From positions 31,062 through 95,061 of the forward strand of contig VOPR01000010.1 in assembly GCA_009594995.1 (NCBI GenBank): a stretch of DNA of 64,000 nt, written 5' to 3'. This DNA comes from Nitrospira sp. (GTDB lineage Bacteria; Nitrospirota; Nitrospiria; Nitrospirales; Nitrospiraceae). The translations under genes and the position numbers were made by a program. The stretch's first letter is position 1. Each line of letters starts with the position of its first letter. The notes below the pieces were generated by a model that was not told the DNA's origin, ran no database searches, and saw only the letters and a program-made list of their open reading frames with translations. Below, piece after piece: positions 1 to 9,573 of this stretch.

Positions 1-208
1 AGACCACGACGGTCGGACCCTGCTCACAAGGACCCAGGCAAGAGGAGCCGGTGACGAGCACTTCACCCGGCATGATGCCGCGTTGCATCAGGCCCATATT
101 GAAGGACATGAGCAATTGCGCGGAACCCTGGCCGCCGCAGGACGGTTTCGGGTGGCCCGGCGGTCGGGCGTTGGTGCAGACAAGGATGTGATGTTTTGGC
201 TTCGGCAT
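1..208 (-). CDS. Thioredoxin-like [2Fe-2S] ferredoxin (3' end outside window)
   Basis: Not in the ORF track; translated by hand from ATG at 208: MPKPKHHILVCTNARPPGHPKPSCGG...VTGSSCLGPCEQGPTVVV. It has the C-x12-C...CLGPC pattern of TRX-fold ferredoxins and a GAGG RBS upstream. Confidence 0.85.
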   Translation of the reverse strand, partial: MPKPKHHILVCTNARPPGHPKPSCGGQGSAQLLMSFNMGLMQRGIMPGEVLVTGSSCLGPCEQGPTVVV

Positions 209-252
209 CGTGACCTCAATGTATGGGGTAAGTAACGAACTGTCTGGTTCGT

Positions 253-696
253 TCAGGCTGGTTTATACGCTTTCCACTGCTCACTGCATTCCTCGGGCAA
301 CTTCCACTGTTTGATGCCCTTGAGCACCCAATCGATGTAGTGTTCCTTTGGCTTGAATTTGCCAATCGGATTCGCCGCATGGGTGGTGACCAATACCTTT
401 TCGTCCTCCTCGGTGATCACCGTCACCGGCAGGTGGCGATAGGCGCCTTGCGGCACATCATCTTCGAACTCGTCGAGGATCTTGAGATCTTCATCGGTGA
501 TTTCGAAGACGGCTCCCCAGACTTTTTCTCCCGGCGACGGGACGACGCTCGCCAGCCCGCAGCGCCACTGTGTCGACCAGCGGCAGAACTGCACGCTGTG
601 GTCGGGAAGGTACGCCGTGAAGAGAAACTTATGTTCCGGGGCGCGACGCTTGAGTTGAGACGGGTTCAAATTGTCCGCGTAAAAGAAGAACTTCAT
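253..696 (-). CDS. Gamma-glutamylcyclotransferase (GGCT/AIG2-like) family protein
   Basis: N-terminal FFYADNL (cf. YFAYGSNL), V.G.VFEI...LDEFE...Y.R, and C-terminal P..HY...LKG. Confidence 0.75.
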   Translation of the reverse strand: MKFFFYADNLNPSQLKRRAPEHKFLFTAYLPDHSVQFCRWSTQWRCGLASVVPSPGEKVWGAVFEITDEDLKILDEFEDDVPQGAYRHLPVTVITEEDEKVLVTTHAANPIGKFKPKEHYIDWVLKGIKQWKLPEECSEQWKAYKPA

Positions 697-899
697 TGAA
701 CGGTGAGGCTCCCATGGTGTCTCGTAGGTTGACCGGTACTTGTACCATAGCGTTGCGCGGCCTTGTCAAGCGCGGCGACCGCTCTCGTGGTTCCTGTTTG
801 CCGGCGTGTCGGTGCCGGTCGATGATTGACAGTGAAATCATACGCCACATATGATGACCAACTGATCAATCGTTCATCCGATGTTTGTTGTGACTATCT

Positions 900-1355
900 A
901 TGAGTAAAGTGATTCACTACGCCGTGCTCCTGCTTCTCCTGGTCGGTGGCCTGATTTATTGGTGGACGAAGCCCCCCGGCGCGAATCCGATGAGTGATCC
1001 GCGCGCGGCCGAGGCTCTGGCGTTGGTGCAGACTCATCGGGCAGCCGGTTATCCGACGATCCTGCAGGCCTTCAATGAACGGGCGCGGATTCTGGAGTCG
1101 CGCAAGCTGGGACTTCGGCTAGGGGAATGGCAGGTGATCAAGCAGGATGGCGAGCGCTACGAGGTTCGCATCTACATGCGCGAACAGGGGACGACGCAGT
1201 GGTTTGAGCGCGATTTTATCTGGCATGTCGATTTGGCCACCAAGCGCGTGAATGCCGCCTCATTGCCGGCCGATGGCTTGATGCCGGAAGGCCCGGATGG
1301 CGGACGCGCGGGAACTCCTCCCGGCGGGCCTCCTCCGTTCCCTCCTACAATGTAA
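900..1355 (+). CDS. Hypothetical membrane-anchored protein with Pro/Gly-rich tail
   Basis: N-terminal hydrophobic helix; candidate promoter TTGACA-18-TATGAT at 826-855; overlaps the convergent Rieske gene by 11 bp. Confidence 0.65.
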   Translation: MSKVIHYAVLLLLLVGGLIYWWTKPPGANPMSDPRAAEALALVQTHRAAGYPTILQAFNERARILESRKLGLRLGEWQVIKQDGERYEVRIYMREQGTTQWFERDFIWHVDLATKRVNAASLPADGLMPEGPDGGRAGTPPGGPPPFPPTM

Positions 1356-1671
1356 GCGGCACTTTCACCTGCACGTTTTGTCCCTCCACGCGCACCTCGA
1401 CGCAGGCCACACGAATCTCCGGATTCTCCGGGCGCTGGCCCGTCTGCACATTGAATCGCCAGCCGTGCCAGGGGCATTCAATCAGGTCTCCGTCGAGACA
1501 GCCTTCGCCTAGTGGTCCGCCTGCGTGCGGACAGGTGTTATCGACGGCCCGAAAGGTTCCGTCCACGTTGCACAGCGCGAGGAAAATGCCGTCGACTTCA
1601 ACCGTGCGGCAGGTGCCGGGTGGAATCTGATCGACCTGCGCGACGGTGACATAGTCGTCGTGAGAATCCAT
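1345..1671 (-). CDS. Rieske [2Fe-2S] ferredoxin (NirD/dioxygenase ferredoxin-like)
   Basis: CPH...CPWHGW Rieske motifs; GGGAG RBS. Confidence 0.9.
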   Translation of the reverse strand: MDSHDDYVTVAQVDQIPPGTCRTVEVDGIFLALCNVDGTFRAVDNTCPHAGGPLGEGCLDGDLIECPWHGWRFNVQTGQRPENPEIRVACVEVRVEGQNVQVKVPLTL

Positions 1672-1720
1672 GTACTCCCTTTATACGTTACAGGCTGGTA
1701 CAGATGGTTTTACCGGTGCG

Positions 1721-1785
1721 TAACATTCTGGATGTTATTGCCTAAGCGCTTGATTTCATTGATTGCATATGGCATAGATGAAGCA
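1721..1785 (+). promoter_or_regulatory. Candidate sigma54 promoter with IHF site and upstream palindrome
   Basis: TAACAT-N5-ATGTTA (1721-1737); IHF consensus AATCAAGCGCTTA on the minus strand (1743-1755); TGGCATAGATGAAGCA with GG-N10-GC spacing (1770-1785). Confidence 0.5.
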
Positions 1786-1869
1786 GGCATCAGTCAGGGA
1801 AGGGTCACAACAGCGCCGTCATTTGCTATTCTTTAAATAGTGCACTCATAGGAGACCGCCGGAGCCACT

Positions 1870-2415
1870 ATGGAAATGACCTTGTTGCTCAACTCCACCT
1901 ATGAACCGCTGCGTGTGCTGCATTGGCAGAAGGCCATCACCTTGCTCTGGCAGGGGAAGGTCGAAGTCCTCGAAGTCTACGACCGTCAAATCCACGGCAT
2001 CTCGATCTCGATCAAGCTCCCCTCGGTGATGCGGCTCCTGAAGCTGGTCAAGCTCAAGGATAGTCACCGCGCCGTGAAGTTTTCCCGTATCAACATTTTT
2101 ACGCGGGACGGCTACTGCTGCCAATACTGCAAACACAAATTCCGGACGGAAGAACTCACGTTCGACCATGTGGTCCCCATCGCCAAGGGCGGGCGGAAGA
2201 CCTGGGAGAATATCGTGACGGCCTGTTGGCGATGCAATAACCGGAAGAGCGGCCGGACGCCGGAAGAAGCCAACATGCGTCTGATCAAGAAGCCCGTGAA
2301 GCCTCGGTGGAGTCCCACAGTCACGATTACCATCGGGATCCGTAATACGCCTGAAAGCTGGCGGGACTATCTCTATTGGAATCTGGAACTCGACGCCGAC
2401 CCTTCCGACCCCTAG
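1870..2415 (+). CDS. HNH endonuclease (LNxxYEPL-type, McrA-like)
   Basis: LLNSTYEPL N-terminus; RDGYCCQYC; LTFDHVVP..GG..WENIVTACWRCNNRK. Confidence 0.92.
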   Translation: MEMTLLLNSTYEPLRVLHWQKAITLLWQGKVEVLEVYDRQIHGISISIKLPSVMRLLKLVKLKDSHRAVKFSRINIFTRDGYCCQYCKHKFRTEELTFDHVVPIAKGGRKTWENIVTACWRCNNRKSGRTPEEANMRLIKKPVKPRWSPTVTITIGIRNTPESWRDYLYWNLELDADPSDP

Positions 2416-2426
2416 AGGGCTCAGCG

Positions 2427-2484
2427 GTGAGTTGTATGTGTTGAGTCGGAACTGTAACTCAGACACTCAACAGGTGCCACTCAC
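2427..2484. repeat. Nested inverted repeat (REP-like) between convergent genes
   Basis: GTGAGT..TGTTGAGT...ACTCAACA..ACTCAC. Confidence 0.55.
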
Positions 2485-2496
2485 ACACTTGTCCGG

Positions 2497-2949
2497 CTAG
2501 TAGACCTTATCGATCGTGATCATCAGATCGCGCCCGCCGGGTAAGGTGGGGTTCTTCGCATAACGCCCTTCCATGTCTCCCGGTTGTGGTTGACCGGCCT
2601 GACCGTCGCGGTCCAGGCGGGCGATGACGTCGACCATTCCTTTCAGCTCGCTGCCTTTCACCATCACATCATCGTTCGTAATTTCAAAGTTCACCGGAAA
2701 TTTCGGTCCATCAATCCGTTTGGCCGCGATGGGTCGCGGGGGGCCGGTCGGACGGCGCACAATGACGAACAGCACATCCGTGGGTTTGACCTGGTCGGCC
2801 AGGTTGGGCGCGATCTGTACCTGTCCGGCAATCGACCCACCGCCCTGATCCGGTTCGCCGATGTGGGCGACACCGAAATAGGCGGCTATGGCCGCAATGC
2901 CGATGATCCCGCCGGCCATCGCCAGGGATCGTCCTGTATATCCAGCCAC
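2497..2949 (-). CDS. Membrane-anchored protein resembling the C-terminal Ig-like domain of CycH/CcmI (cytochrome c biogenesis)
   Basis: N-terminal TM helix; VLFVIVR...P.PIAAKRI...FPV.F.I...D.M...VIARL.RDG.A..QPGD.EG pattern. Confidence 0.65.
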   Translation of the reverse strand: MAGYTGRSLAMAGGIIGIAAIAAYFGVAHIGEPDQGGGSIAGQVQIAPNLADQVKPTDVLFVIVRRPTGPPRPIAAKRIDGPKFPVNFEITNDDVMVKGSELKGMVDVIARLDRDGQAGQPQPGDMEGRYAKNPTLPGGRDLMITIDKVY

Positions 2950-3122
2950 AATAGACTCCTTTGTTGGCGCAGCATGAGCCCGCGGGCTCCCGTGTCGGAC
3001 TGCGGGCGCATTATACCCAGCTCGCAGTGCAAAGGGGAATGGCGGAGCGGGTTTACCCTGTGAAATCCCCTGTTGTATGATACGCCTTCACGTTGTTGTC
3101 GGCTTGTTGGAGGAAGATCACA

Positions 3123-3782
3123 ATGGCTGCAAATCCCGGGTTTCAAATTTCGCTCGATGTGCGTGGGTGGCCGGTTCTGGTCATCGGGGGCAATGAGGAA
3201 GCGGCTGATAAGGTACAGCGGCTGCTGGATGCCGGTGCCAAGGTGACGGTCGTGAGTCCCACGCTCCATGAAGTGCTCCGCAAACTCGCGGCCTCCGCGA
3301 AAATCATTCATCGTGGACGGCATTTCCGTGCCAATGATTTGGAGAGCGTGATTCTCGTCCTGAATACGTTGCGTGATGATCGTGAACTGGCGCACTCGCT
3401 GATCCGCTTGGCTCGCGAGCAGAAATTCTTGCTCTGGTCTGTAGACCAGCCTGATGTCTCGAATGTGGTGATGCCTGCCGTGGTCAGCTCCGGTCATGTT
3501 CGTGTGGCGATTAGCTCAAGCGGGCAGGCGCCGGCGTTGTCCGGATTCATGAAGGAAGATCTGGAGCGTATTCTGGATGGCGAGTTTGCCGCCTTCGTCG
3601 ATTGGTTGGCTCAGCTTCGTGAACAGGCCAAGGCCAACGAGCCGGATGCCGAGAAACGCCGCACCCTCCTTCGCGAAGCGCTGGACGGATTTCGCCTGCT
3701 AGGCAAGGTGCAATACCCGAAGGTCTGGGCTGACTATCGCGCGAAACAGGAAACCCCCGCTGCGCCGGCGTCCACTACGTAG
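3123..3782 (+). CDS. Precorrin-2 dehydrogenase/sirohydrochlorin ferrochelatase (SirC/Met8p/CysG N-terminal family)
   Basis: LDV.G.PVLVIGG..A..K..RLL.AGA.VTVVSP; VD.P...MPAVV..G.V.VAISSSG.AP; ATG at 3123 after GGAGG. Confidence 0.85.
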   Translation: MAANPGFQISLDVRGWPVLVIGGNEEAADKVQRLLDAGAKVTVVSPTLHEVLRKLAASAKIIHRGRHFRANDLESVILVLNTLRDDRELAHSLIRLAREQKFLLWSVDQPDVSNVVMPAVVSSGHVRVAISSSGQAPALSGFMKEDLERILDGEFAAFVDWLAQLREQAKANEPDAEKRRTLLREALDGFRLLGKVQYPKVWADYRAKQETPAAPASTT

Positions 3783-3798
3783 GAAGGACAAGCAGACT

Positions 3799-4107
3799 AT
3801 GGTCTTATTGGAATTCAGTATGTCGCCGCTGGGCAAAGGTGAGAGCGTGAGCAAGTACGTTGCGCGCTCTCTCGACATCATCGACAAAAGCGGGGTGGCC
3901 TATCGGCTGAACCCGATGGGTACGGTGCTGGAGGGGGAGTGGGACGAGGTCATGGCGGTGGTCAAGAAATGCTATACCCGCATGCGCAAGGACTGTAACC
4001 GTGTGTCCTGCAGCATCAAGATCGACTACCGCAAAGGGCCGAAGGGGCGTCTGGACAGCAAAGTGTCGAGTGTGGAATCCCAGCTGAAGCGGAAGTTGAA
4101 GGTATGA
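3799..4107 (+). CDS. MTH1187/YkoF-family thiamine-binding protein (DUF77)
   Basis: EFSMSPLG.GESVSKYVA...Y.LNPMGTVLEGEWDEV...IKIDYR. Confidence 0.9.
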   Translation: MVLLEFSMSPLGKGESVSKYVARSLDIIDKSGVAYRLNPMGTVLEGEWDEVMAVVKKCYTRMRKDCNRVSCSIKIDYRKGPKGRLDSKVSSVESQLKRKLKV

Positions 4108-4115
4108 ACTACGCT

Positions 4116-5537
4116 TCAGGGTGGAGTGAGTTCGGCGCGGGCGTCGTAGTGCAGGGTCCCGGCCGTCTTGAATCGCACCGATAGACTGGCGGCTTGCACG
4201 GTGAGGGCGTCGAGCGTGAGCTTGCTCACCGTGCCGCGCAGCCGTCCACCCCTCATGTCTCGATTGAGTCCCTTTTCGAGGGCCTGTCGCATCAGGTCCA
4301 ATTCTTCCCGAATCGGCAGCGACAGTCTGCCAGCCAATTCTTCCCGCAGCGGCTCGTGCAGCCATTCCTCGGCCAGGTCTGTCGCCGGCGTGCGGTCCTT
4401 GATCGTGTAATCGACCTCCCGAAAGAGAATTCGCCCCGCCGACTCGTCATAGTCCGGCGTTCCCTTGAGCCGCAGTGTCAGCGGGAGTAATCCTCGCAGG
4501 GTCAACTCGATTCCCACCTGGTTCCCCAGTGGGTACAGCGTTGCGCCGACAATCTTGATGGTGCCGACACCCAACGACCATTCCTGTCCGATGACGGCCT
4601 CGCGCAGACGTTGGTTCGCTTCCTCCATGGGAACTGACAACGTGAAGCCGACGTGAAACCCGTCGTCCTGAAATCGATCGTGCAGTTCAGGAACTGGGAG
4701 GTGTCGTGAGGTGGGTTTTGTTCCTCGCACCACGCTTGGCCTGGCGGTCACCCCATAGCCTGCGGCTGGTGTTCCGGACAACGCCTCAACTCCGGCAGGA
4801 CCGATGGCCTCGGGATTCACCAGCAGCCAGAGAGATTCCGCTTCATCCAGCAGTAACGGCTCTTGGAGGTCGTTCCAGATGTGCGCTACCGCCGGCTTTA
4901 ACGTGACAAGTCCGGCTGCTTTGCGATCCACCGCGGGCAGAATCTCCTGGAGATCACTTCGATAGACCTGAACCATCAAGGGACCGGCATCCACGCCCTG
5001 GTCTGAGAGCAGGCACGACTGAACGGATTCAACGGCGGCGACCTGGCTCGCCGGCAGTAAGGTGTAGCTGCGGCCCTGGCGGAATGTCGTCGCGACGGTC
5101 ACCGAAAGCCGGCCGGTGCCGGTTGTGGCATCACGCTGGCCGCATTCAGCGATCTTCGTGATCGTCCCCTTGATCTGCTTGGCGTATTCCACTCCAAATG
5201 GCACGGTGCTCTGGGACAGTAACCGATCTGCCGCCGTGGTTGCGCCTTCTTCTCCCGGCCAGATTCGGTATTTGAGAAAACCGCTCCCTTTACCCAGCGT
5301 GACCCATTCGCGTCCGCTGCTCCGGTGGGCTGAGAGCGTGCGCGTGAGGTTTCCGTAATGTTCGGCCAGGGGAGTCACCGGAATCGGGATATGAATGGTC
5401 ATGCTGGATGGGTTTGCAGGTGGTTGCGCTGCTGAGTCGGCTGCGAATGAAGAGGCGATGGTCGACGCACCTGCGGCGACGATCATGAGACAGATCGAGA
5501 GGAGTCTATGGCATCCGGAGAGGCCTCGTCGTTTCAT
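4116..5537 (-). CDS. Secreted DUF4403-like hypothetical protein
   Basis: Signal peptide from MKRRGL (ATG at 5537, GAGG RBS); WL.VNP and L.GTP.YD motifs recalled for DUF4403. Confidence 0.55.
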   Translation of the reverse strand: MKRRGLSGCHRLLSICLMIVAAGASTIASSFAADSAAQPPANPSSMTIHIPIPVTPLAEHYGNLTRTLSAHRSSGREWVTLGKGSGFLKYRIWPGEEGATTAADRLLSQSTVPFGVEYAKQIKGTITKIAECGQRDATTGTGRLSVTVATTFRQGRSYTLLPASQVAAVESVQSCLLSDQGVDAGPLMVQVYRSDLQEILPAVDRKAAGLVTLKPAVAHIWNDLQEPLLLDEAESLWLLVNPEAIGPAGVEALSGTPAAGYGVTARPSVVRGTKPTSRHLPVPELHDRFQDDGFHVGFTLSVPMEEANQRLREAVIGQEWSLGVGTIKIVGATLYPLGNQVGIELTLRGLLPLTLRLKGTPDYDESAGRILFREVDYTIKDRTPATDLAEEWLHEPLREELAGRLSLPIREELDLMRQALEKGLNRDMRGGRLRGTVSKLTLDALTVQAASLSVRFKTAGTLHYDARAELTPP

Positions 5538-5679
5538 CGTATTGTCCTCATGCTGCCTGCAGGTGGACCTGCGATGCACGTTACCTATACGTACCGACTA
5601 TGGGGGAATGATAAACGGAAAGGCAAGGGCGAAACGGTTGCGATGGAAAGTGCTCTCTGCCTTCCCGCTACAGTCGAAA

Positions 5680-6825
5680 CTACCGGCTGCTTGGAGACAG
5701 TGGAAGGTAGCGGCGTGGCACGCGTGAGCCGATGGCGCAGAGAATTTCATACGGAATGGTCTGCTGCCAGGCGGCCAGATCGGCTGCCGTGATCCTCTCC
5801 GTTCCCTGCTGCCCGATCAGGATGGCCTCATGACCGATTTCGACGCCGGGCACGTCGGTGACGTCGATCATGGTCATGTCCATACAAACCCGTCCGATCA
5901 CCGGCGCCCGTCTGCCGCCAATCAGTACCTTCCCACGATTTGAGAGCAAGCGGTTGTATCCGTCTGCATAGCCGACGGGAAGGACTGCGATAAGGGACGG
6001 CCGTGAGGCAATGAACGTCCTGTTGTAGCTGACGCTATAGCCAGGCTGAATGCGGTGCAGGTGCGCGATCGTCGTTCTCCAGGTGAGAATCGGCTGCAAC
6101 TCCGGCGTTGGGGTGCCGTTCGGGAGAGTGTGGTAGCCATAGAGCATGATGCCGGGGCGCACCAGAGAATGAAGGCTGGAGGGATACCTGATAATGGCGG
6201 CGCTATTCGCCACGTGCACCAGTGGAATGGTGAGTCCGCGACCCTGGAGAAGATGGAGAGCCTGTTGGAACCGCCTGAGCTGTTCCTCGGTCTGCCCGGC
6301 ATCCTGATTGTCGGCATCGGCCAGATGTGTCATGAGGCCTTCGAGTCGCAGAGGGGCACACAGTTCCGGTCTGTTGATGAGGTCGGGCAACTCCTGAAGG
6401 GACACCCCGAGGCGTCCCATACCGGTCTCTACCTTGATATGCACAGGGTAGGGCGCGGCGCCAGGTTGAACCTTGGCGGCAAAGGCCTGGATCAGATCGG
6501 TCCGGAAGAGCACAGGCGTCAGCCGGTGGGCGACCAGGTCTGGAAATTGAGCAGGCATCGTCGGGCCCATCACGACAATGACATCCTGTATGCCCGCTTG
6601 GCGAAGGGCGATACCTTCTTCGACGGTAGCGACGCCGAATCGGCGGATGGCGAGCTGTTGTAAGGCGCGCGTGATGTTGGTCGCGCCGTGACCATAGGCA
6701 TTGGCCTTGACGACGGCCAACACATCGGCATGCGGGGCCAGTCGTCGCACGTGGGCGACATTCTGAGCAAGGGCGGTCAGATCAACGGAGGCGGAAGTTG
6801 GGGGGGATTGAGACGGCGTGTACAC
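5680..6825 (-). CDS. alr: Alanine racemase
   Basis: AVVKANAYGHG PLP lysine; TGMGRLG; VRPGI.LYG; GYADG; GRVCMD. Confidence 0.97.
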   Translation of the reverse strand: MYTPSQSPPTSASVDLTALAQNVAHVRRLAPHADVLAVVKANAYGHGATNITRALQQLAIRRFGVATVEEGIALRQAGIQDVIVVMGPTMPAQFPDLVAHRLTPVLFRTDLIQAFAAKVQPGAAPYPVHIKVETGMGRLGVSLQELPDLINRPELCAPLRLEGLMTHLADADNQDAGQTEEQLRRFQQALHLLQGRGLTIPLVHVANSAAIIRYPSSLHSLVRPGIMLYGYHTLPNGTPTPELQPILTWRTTIAHLHRIQPGYSVSYNRTFIASRPSLIAVLPVGYADGYNRLLSNRGKVLIGGRRAPVIGRVCMDMTMIDVTDVPGVEIGHEAILIGQQGTERITAADLAAWQQTIPYEILCAIGSRVPRRYLPLSPSSR

Positions 6826-6851
6826 GCAGCTTGTGACGGTAGAGTAGGGCG

Positions 6852-7415
6852 CTATACTTCCAGGATTTCGCCTTCTTTTTTCTTCATCACGTCGTCGATC
6901 TTCTGCACGTACTGGTCGGTGAGCTTCTGGATCTCCGTTTCCGACTTGCGCAATTCGTCTTCGGTCAATTTCGCGTCTTTTTGCAGTTTCTTGAGCTCTT
7001 CGTTCCCGTCGCGGCGGAAACCCCGGATCTGCACTTTCACTTCTTCCCCGTGTTTCTTGCAGACCTTGATGAGTTCCTTCCGGCGCTCCTCGGTGAGCGG
7101 GGGAAGCGGAATGCGAATCATTTTGCCGTCATTGGAGGGGGTCAAACCCAGATCGGATGTTTGGATCGCTTTTTCGATTTCCCTGATGAGGTTCTGTTCC
7201 CAGGGTTGAATCGTGAGTAGCCGTGCTTCCGGCGTGGCGACGTTCGCCACCTGCTTAAGAGGGGTCAGGGTTCCGTAGTAATCGACTTTGATGCCGTCGA
7301 CGAGTGCCACCGAGGCGCGACCGGTGCGCAGTCCCGCCAGATCGCGTTTCAAATGCTCGATCGCGTGGTCCATCTTTTCGGTGACACGTTGTTTGACTTC
7401 CTGTGCCGTGGACAT
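6852..7415 (-). CDS. frr: Ribosome recycling factor
   Basis: LRTGRAS, DYYG..TPL.QVA, P.LTEERRKEL. Confidence 0.98.
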   Translation of the reverse strand: MSTAQEVKQRVTEKMDHAIEHLKRDLAGLRTGRASVALVDGIKVDYYGTLTPLKQVANVATPEARLLTIQPWEQNLIREIEKAIQTSDLGLTPSNDGKMIRIPLPPLTEERRKELIKVCKKHGEEVKVQIRGFRRDGNEELKKLQKDAKLTEDELRKSETEIQKLTDQYVQKIDDVMKKKEGEILEV

Positions 7416-7426
7416 CAGCCGTTCCC

Positions 7427-8152
7427 TTAGCGACTTTCAACGGTGACCAGAGTTCCGATGGGATCCCCCTGGACGACTCGTTTAAAGTTCCCCTTCTCTT
7501 TCAAGTTGAAGACGATCAATGGCAACCGGTTATCCATACACAAGCTGATGGCAGTCGAGTCCATGACTTTAAGATTCTGAGTGAGGATCGAAAGAAACGG
7601 AATCTCGCTGTATTTCTTGGCTTGCGGATTTTTAACCGGATCGCTGTCGTAAATCCCGTCGACCTTGGTACCCTTCATGATGACTTGCGCGCCGATCTCC
7701 ATCGCTCTGAGCGAAGCGGCGGTATCGGTGGAGAAATAGGGGTTACCCGTTCCTCCGGCAAAAATCACCACGCGTTTCTTTTCCAGGTGCCGGATGGCGC
7801 GGCGACGAATGTAGCCTTCGGCCAGCTGTCGCATCTCAATCGCCGACTGCACACGCGTGCTGACTCCCTTGCCTTCCAGCGCGTTCTGGAGCGCGAGCGC
7901 ATTCAGCACCGTCGCGAGCATGCCCATATAGTCGGCGGATGCCCGTTCCATCCCGCGGGCGCTGGCGGCCAGGCCGCGGAAGATATTGCCGCCGCCGATC
8001 ACCACGGCTACTTCGACGTCCATCGCGACGACGTCGGCAATTTCTTCCGCCAGTCCTTCGAGAATCGAGGGTTGGATGCCATAGCCCTGCTCACCGGCCA
8101 GCATTTCTCCGCTGACTTTCAGCAGGATGCGGCGGTAGTGGGCAGAACTCAT
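7427..8152 (-). CDS. pyrH: Uridylate kinase
   Basis: [35 protein letters not shown]; start ATG at 8152 overlaps the tsf stop (ATGA). Confidence 0.98.
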   Translation of the reverse strand: MSSAHYRRILLKVSGEMLAGEQGYGIQPSILEGLAEEIADVVAMDVEVAVVIGGGNIFRGLAASARGMERASADYMGMLATVLNALALQNALEGKGVSTRVQSAIEMRQLAEGYIRRRAIRHLEKKRVVIFAGGTGNPYFSTDTAASLRAMEIGAQVIMKGTKVDGIYDSDPVKNPQAKKYSEIPFLSILTQNLKVMDSTAISLCMDNRLPLIVFNLKEKGNFKRVVQGDPIGTLVTVESR

Positions 8153-8745
8153 GCTTGGCCTAGCTGGAAACGGGTGAACCGGCGGATGTTCATGTTCTCG
8201 CCGATCTTGGCAATTTGTTGCGCCAGGAGGTCCTTGATGACGACGGACGGATCCTTGATGAACGCCTGCTCGAGCAAACAATTCTCTTGGTAGAATTTTT
8301 CCAGTTTGCCTTCGACGATCTTCGGCCAGGCGGCCGGCGGCTTCCCAAGTTCCTTGGCTTGCCCTTCGTAGATGCTTCGTTCCTTCGCCACCACATCAGC
8401 GGCAATTTCTTCCCGTCTGACGTAGGAGGGACTGGCGGCTGCCACCTGCAGCGCCAGGTCGTTGACGAAGGCTTTGAATTGCTCATTGCGCGCTACGAAA
8501 TCGGTTTCGCAGTTCACTTCGATGAGCACGCCGATTTTTCCTCCGGCATGGATGTAGGCGTGGATCAAGCCTTGGTTGGTTTCCCGACCGGCCTTTTTCT
8601 GGGCCGCCGCCAATCCCTTCTGTCGAAGGTAATCGATCGCTTTGTCGATGCTGTTTCCGTTCTCGGTCAAGGCCTTCTGGCAATCCAGAATGCCGGCACC
8701 GGTTTTTTCACGCAACTCTTTCACGAGCTCACTCAAACTTGCCAT
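8149..8745 (-). CDS. tsf: Elongation factor Ts (short 198-aa type)
   Basis: [24 protein letters not shown]. Confidence 0.98.
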   Translation of the reverse strand: MASLSELVKELREKTGAGILDCQKALTENGNSIDKAIDYLRQKGLAAAQKKAGRETNQGLIHAYIHAGGKIGVLIEVNCETDFVARNEQFKAFVNDLALQVAAASPSYVRREEIAADVVAKERSIYEGQAKELGKPPAAWPKIVEGKLEKFYQENCLLEQAFIKDPSVVIKDLLAQQIAKIGENMNIRRFTRFQLGQA

Positions 8746-8796
8746 GGCTTCCTCAGTTGGTCGAATAGAACAATGTCATCGTGCGAGATGCAGCCC

Positions 8797-9573
8797 TTAG
8801 GATGCAGACACGCCGGCCAATTTTGCCGCCGGTTTGCCAGCAGCGCCGCCGGCCGGTGCCGATGCGAACTCAGTCTCTTCCTGTTGAGCGCGCAGATGCG
8901 CACCTTCAAGGCAGGCATCCGCGATCCGCGAAATGATCAGCTTGATGGAACGAATCGCGTCGTCGTTGCCGGGAATGGGATATTGAATGTGATCCGGATC
9001 GCAGTTCGAATCCACGATAGCGATGACCGGAATTTCCAGCCGGCTGGCCTCGAGGATCGCAATGTGCTCGATGCGCGTATCCAGGATAAACACGGCGCCG
9101 GGGAGGGCGCGCATGTTGCGGATACCCGACAGGTTCTTCTGCAGTTTGACGACTTCCTTCTGCATCTGTCCGAGCTCTTTTTTCGTGTGGCCCTGATGCG
9201 TCGGATCAGCGAGGGTCGCTTCCATTTTTTTCATTTTGTCGATGCTACGACGGATGGTCTGGAAGTTGGTCAGCATGCCGCCCAACCAGCGTTGGTTGAT
9301 GTAGAACTGGTTGGCCCGCTTCGCCTCTTCTTCCAAAATTTCCGCCGCCTGGCGCTTGGTGCCGACGAACAGGACGGAGTCACCGGCTGCCACGGTGTCG
9401 CGTGCGAAGGCATAGGCTTGTTCCATGCGTTCGACCGTCTGTTGAAGGTCGATAATGTAGACGCCGTTTCGTTCCCCGAACAGGAATCGCTTCATCTTCG
9501 GGTTCCAGCGGTTCGTCTGGTGTCCGAAGTGGACGCCGGCTTCCAATAATTCCTTAATAGCAACTACTCCCAT
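8797..9573 (-). CDS. rpsB: 30S ribosomal protein S2
   Basis: [30 protein letters not shown]. Confidence 0.99.
   Translation of the reverse strand: MGVVAIKELLEAGVHFGHQTNRWNPKMKRFLFGERNGVYIIDLQQTVERMEQAYAFARDTVAAGDSVLFVGTKRQAAEILEEEAKRANQFYINQRWLGGMLTNFQTIRRSIDKMKKMEATLADPTHQGHTKKELGQMQKEVVKLQKNLSGIRNMRALPGAVFILDTRIEHIAILEASRLEIPVIAIVDSNCDPDHIQYPIPGNDDAIRSIKLIISRIADACLEGAHLRAQQEETEFASAPAGGAAGKPAAKLAGVSAS

Noticed and set aside
8149-8745. EF-Ts is only 198 aa
   Set aside because: The short EF-Ts form is known in Thermus, cyanobacteria and other groups; it is not a truncation.
8215-9549. 444-aa plus-strand ORF, and many similar long antisense ORFs
   Set aside because: Shadow frames of tsf/rpsB and other well-supported genes in GC-rich DNA; no recognisable motifs.
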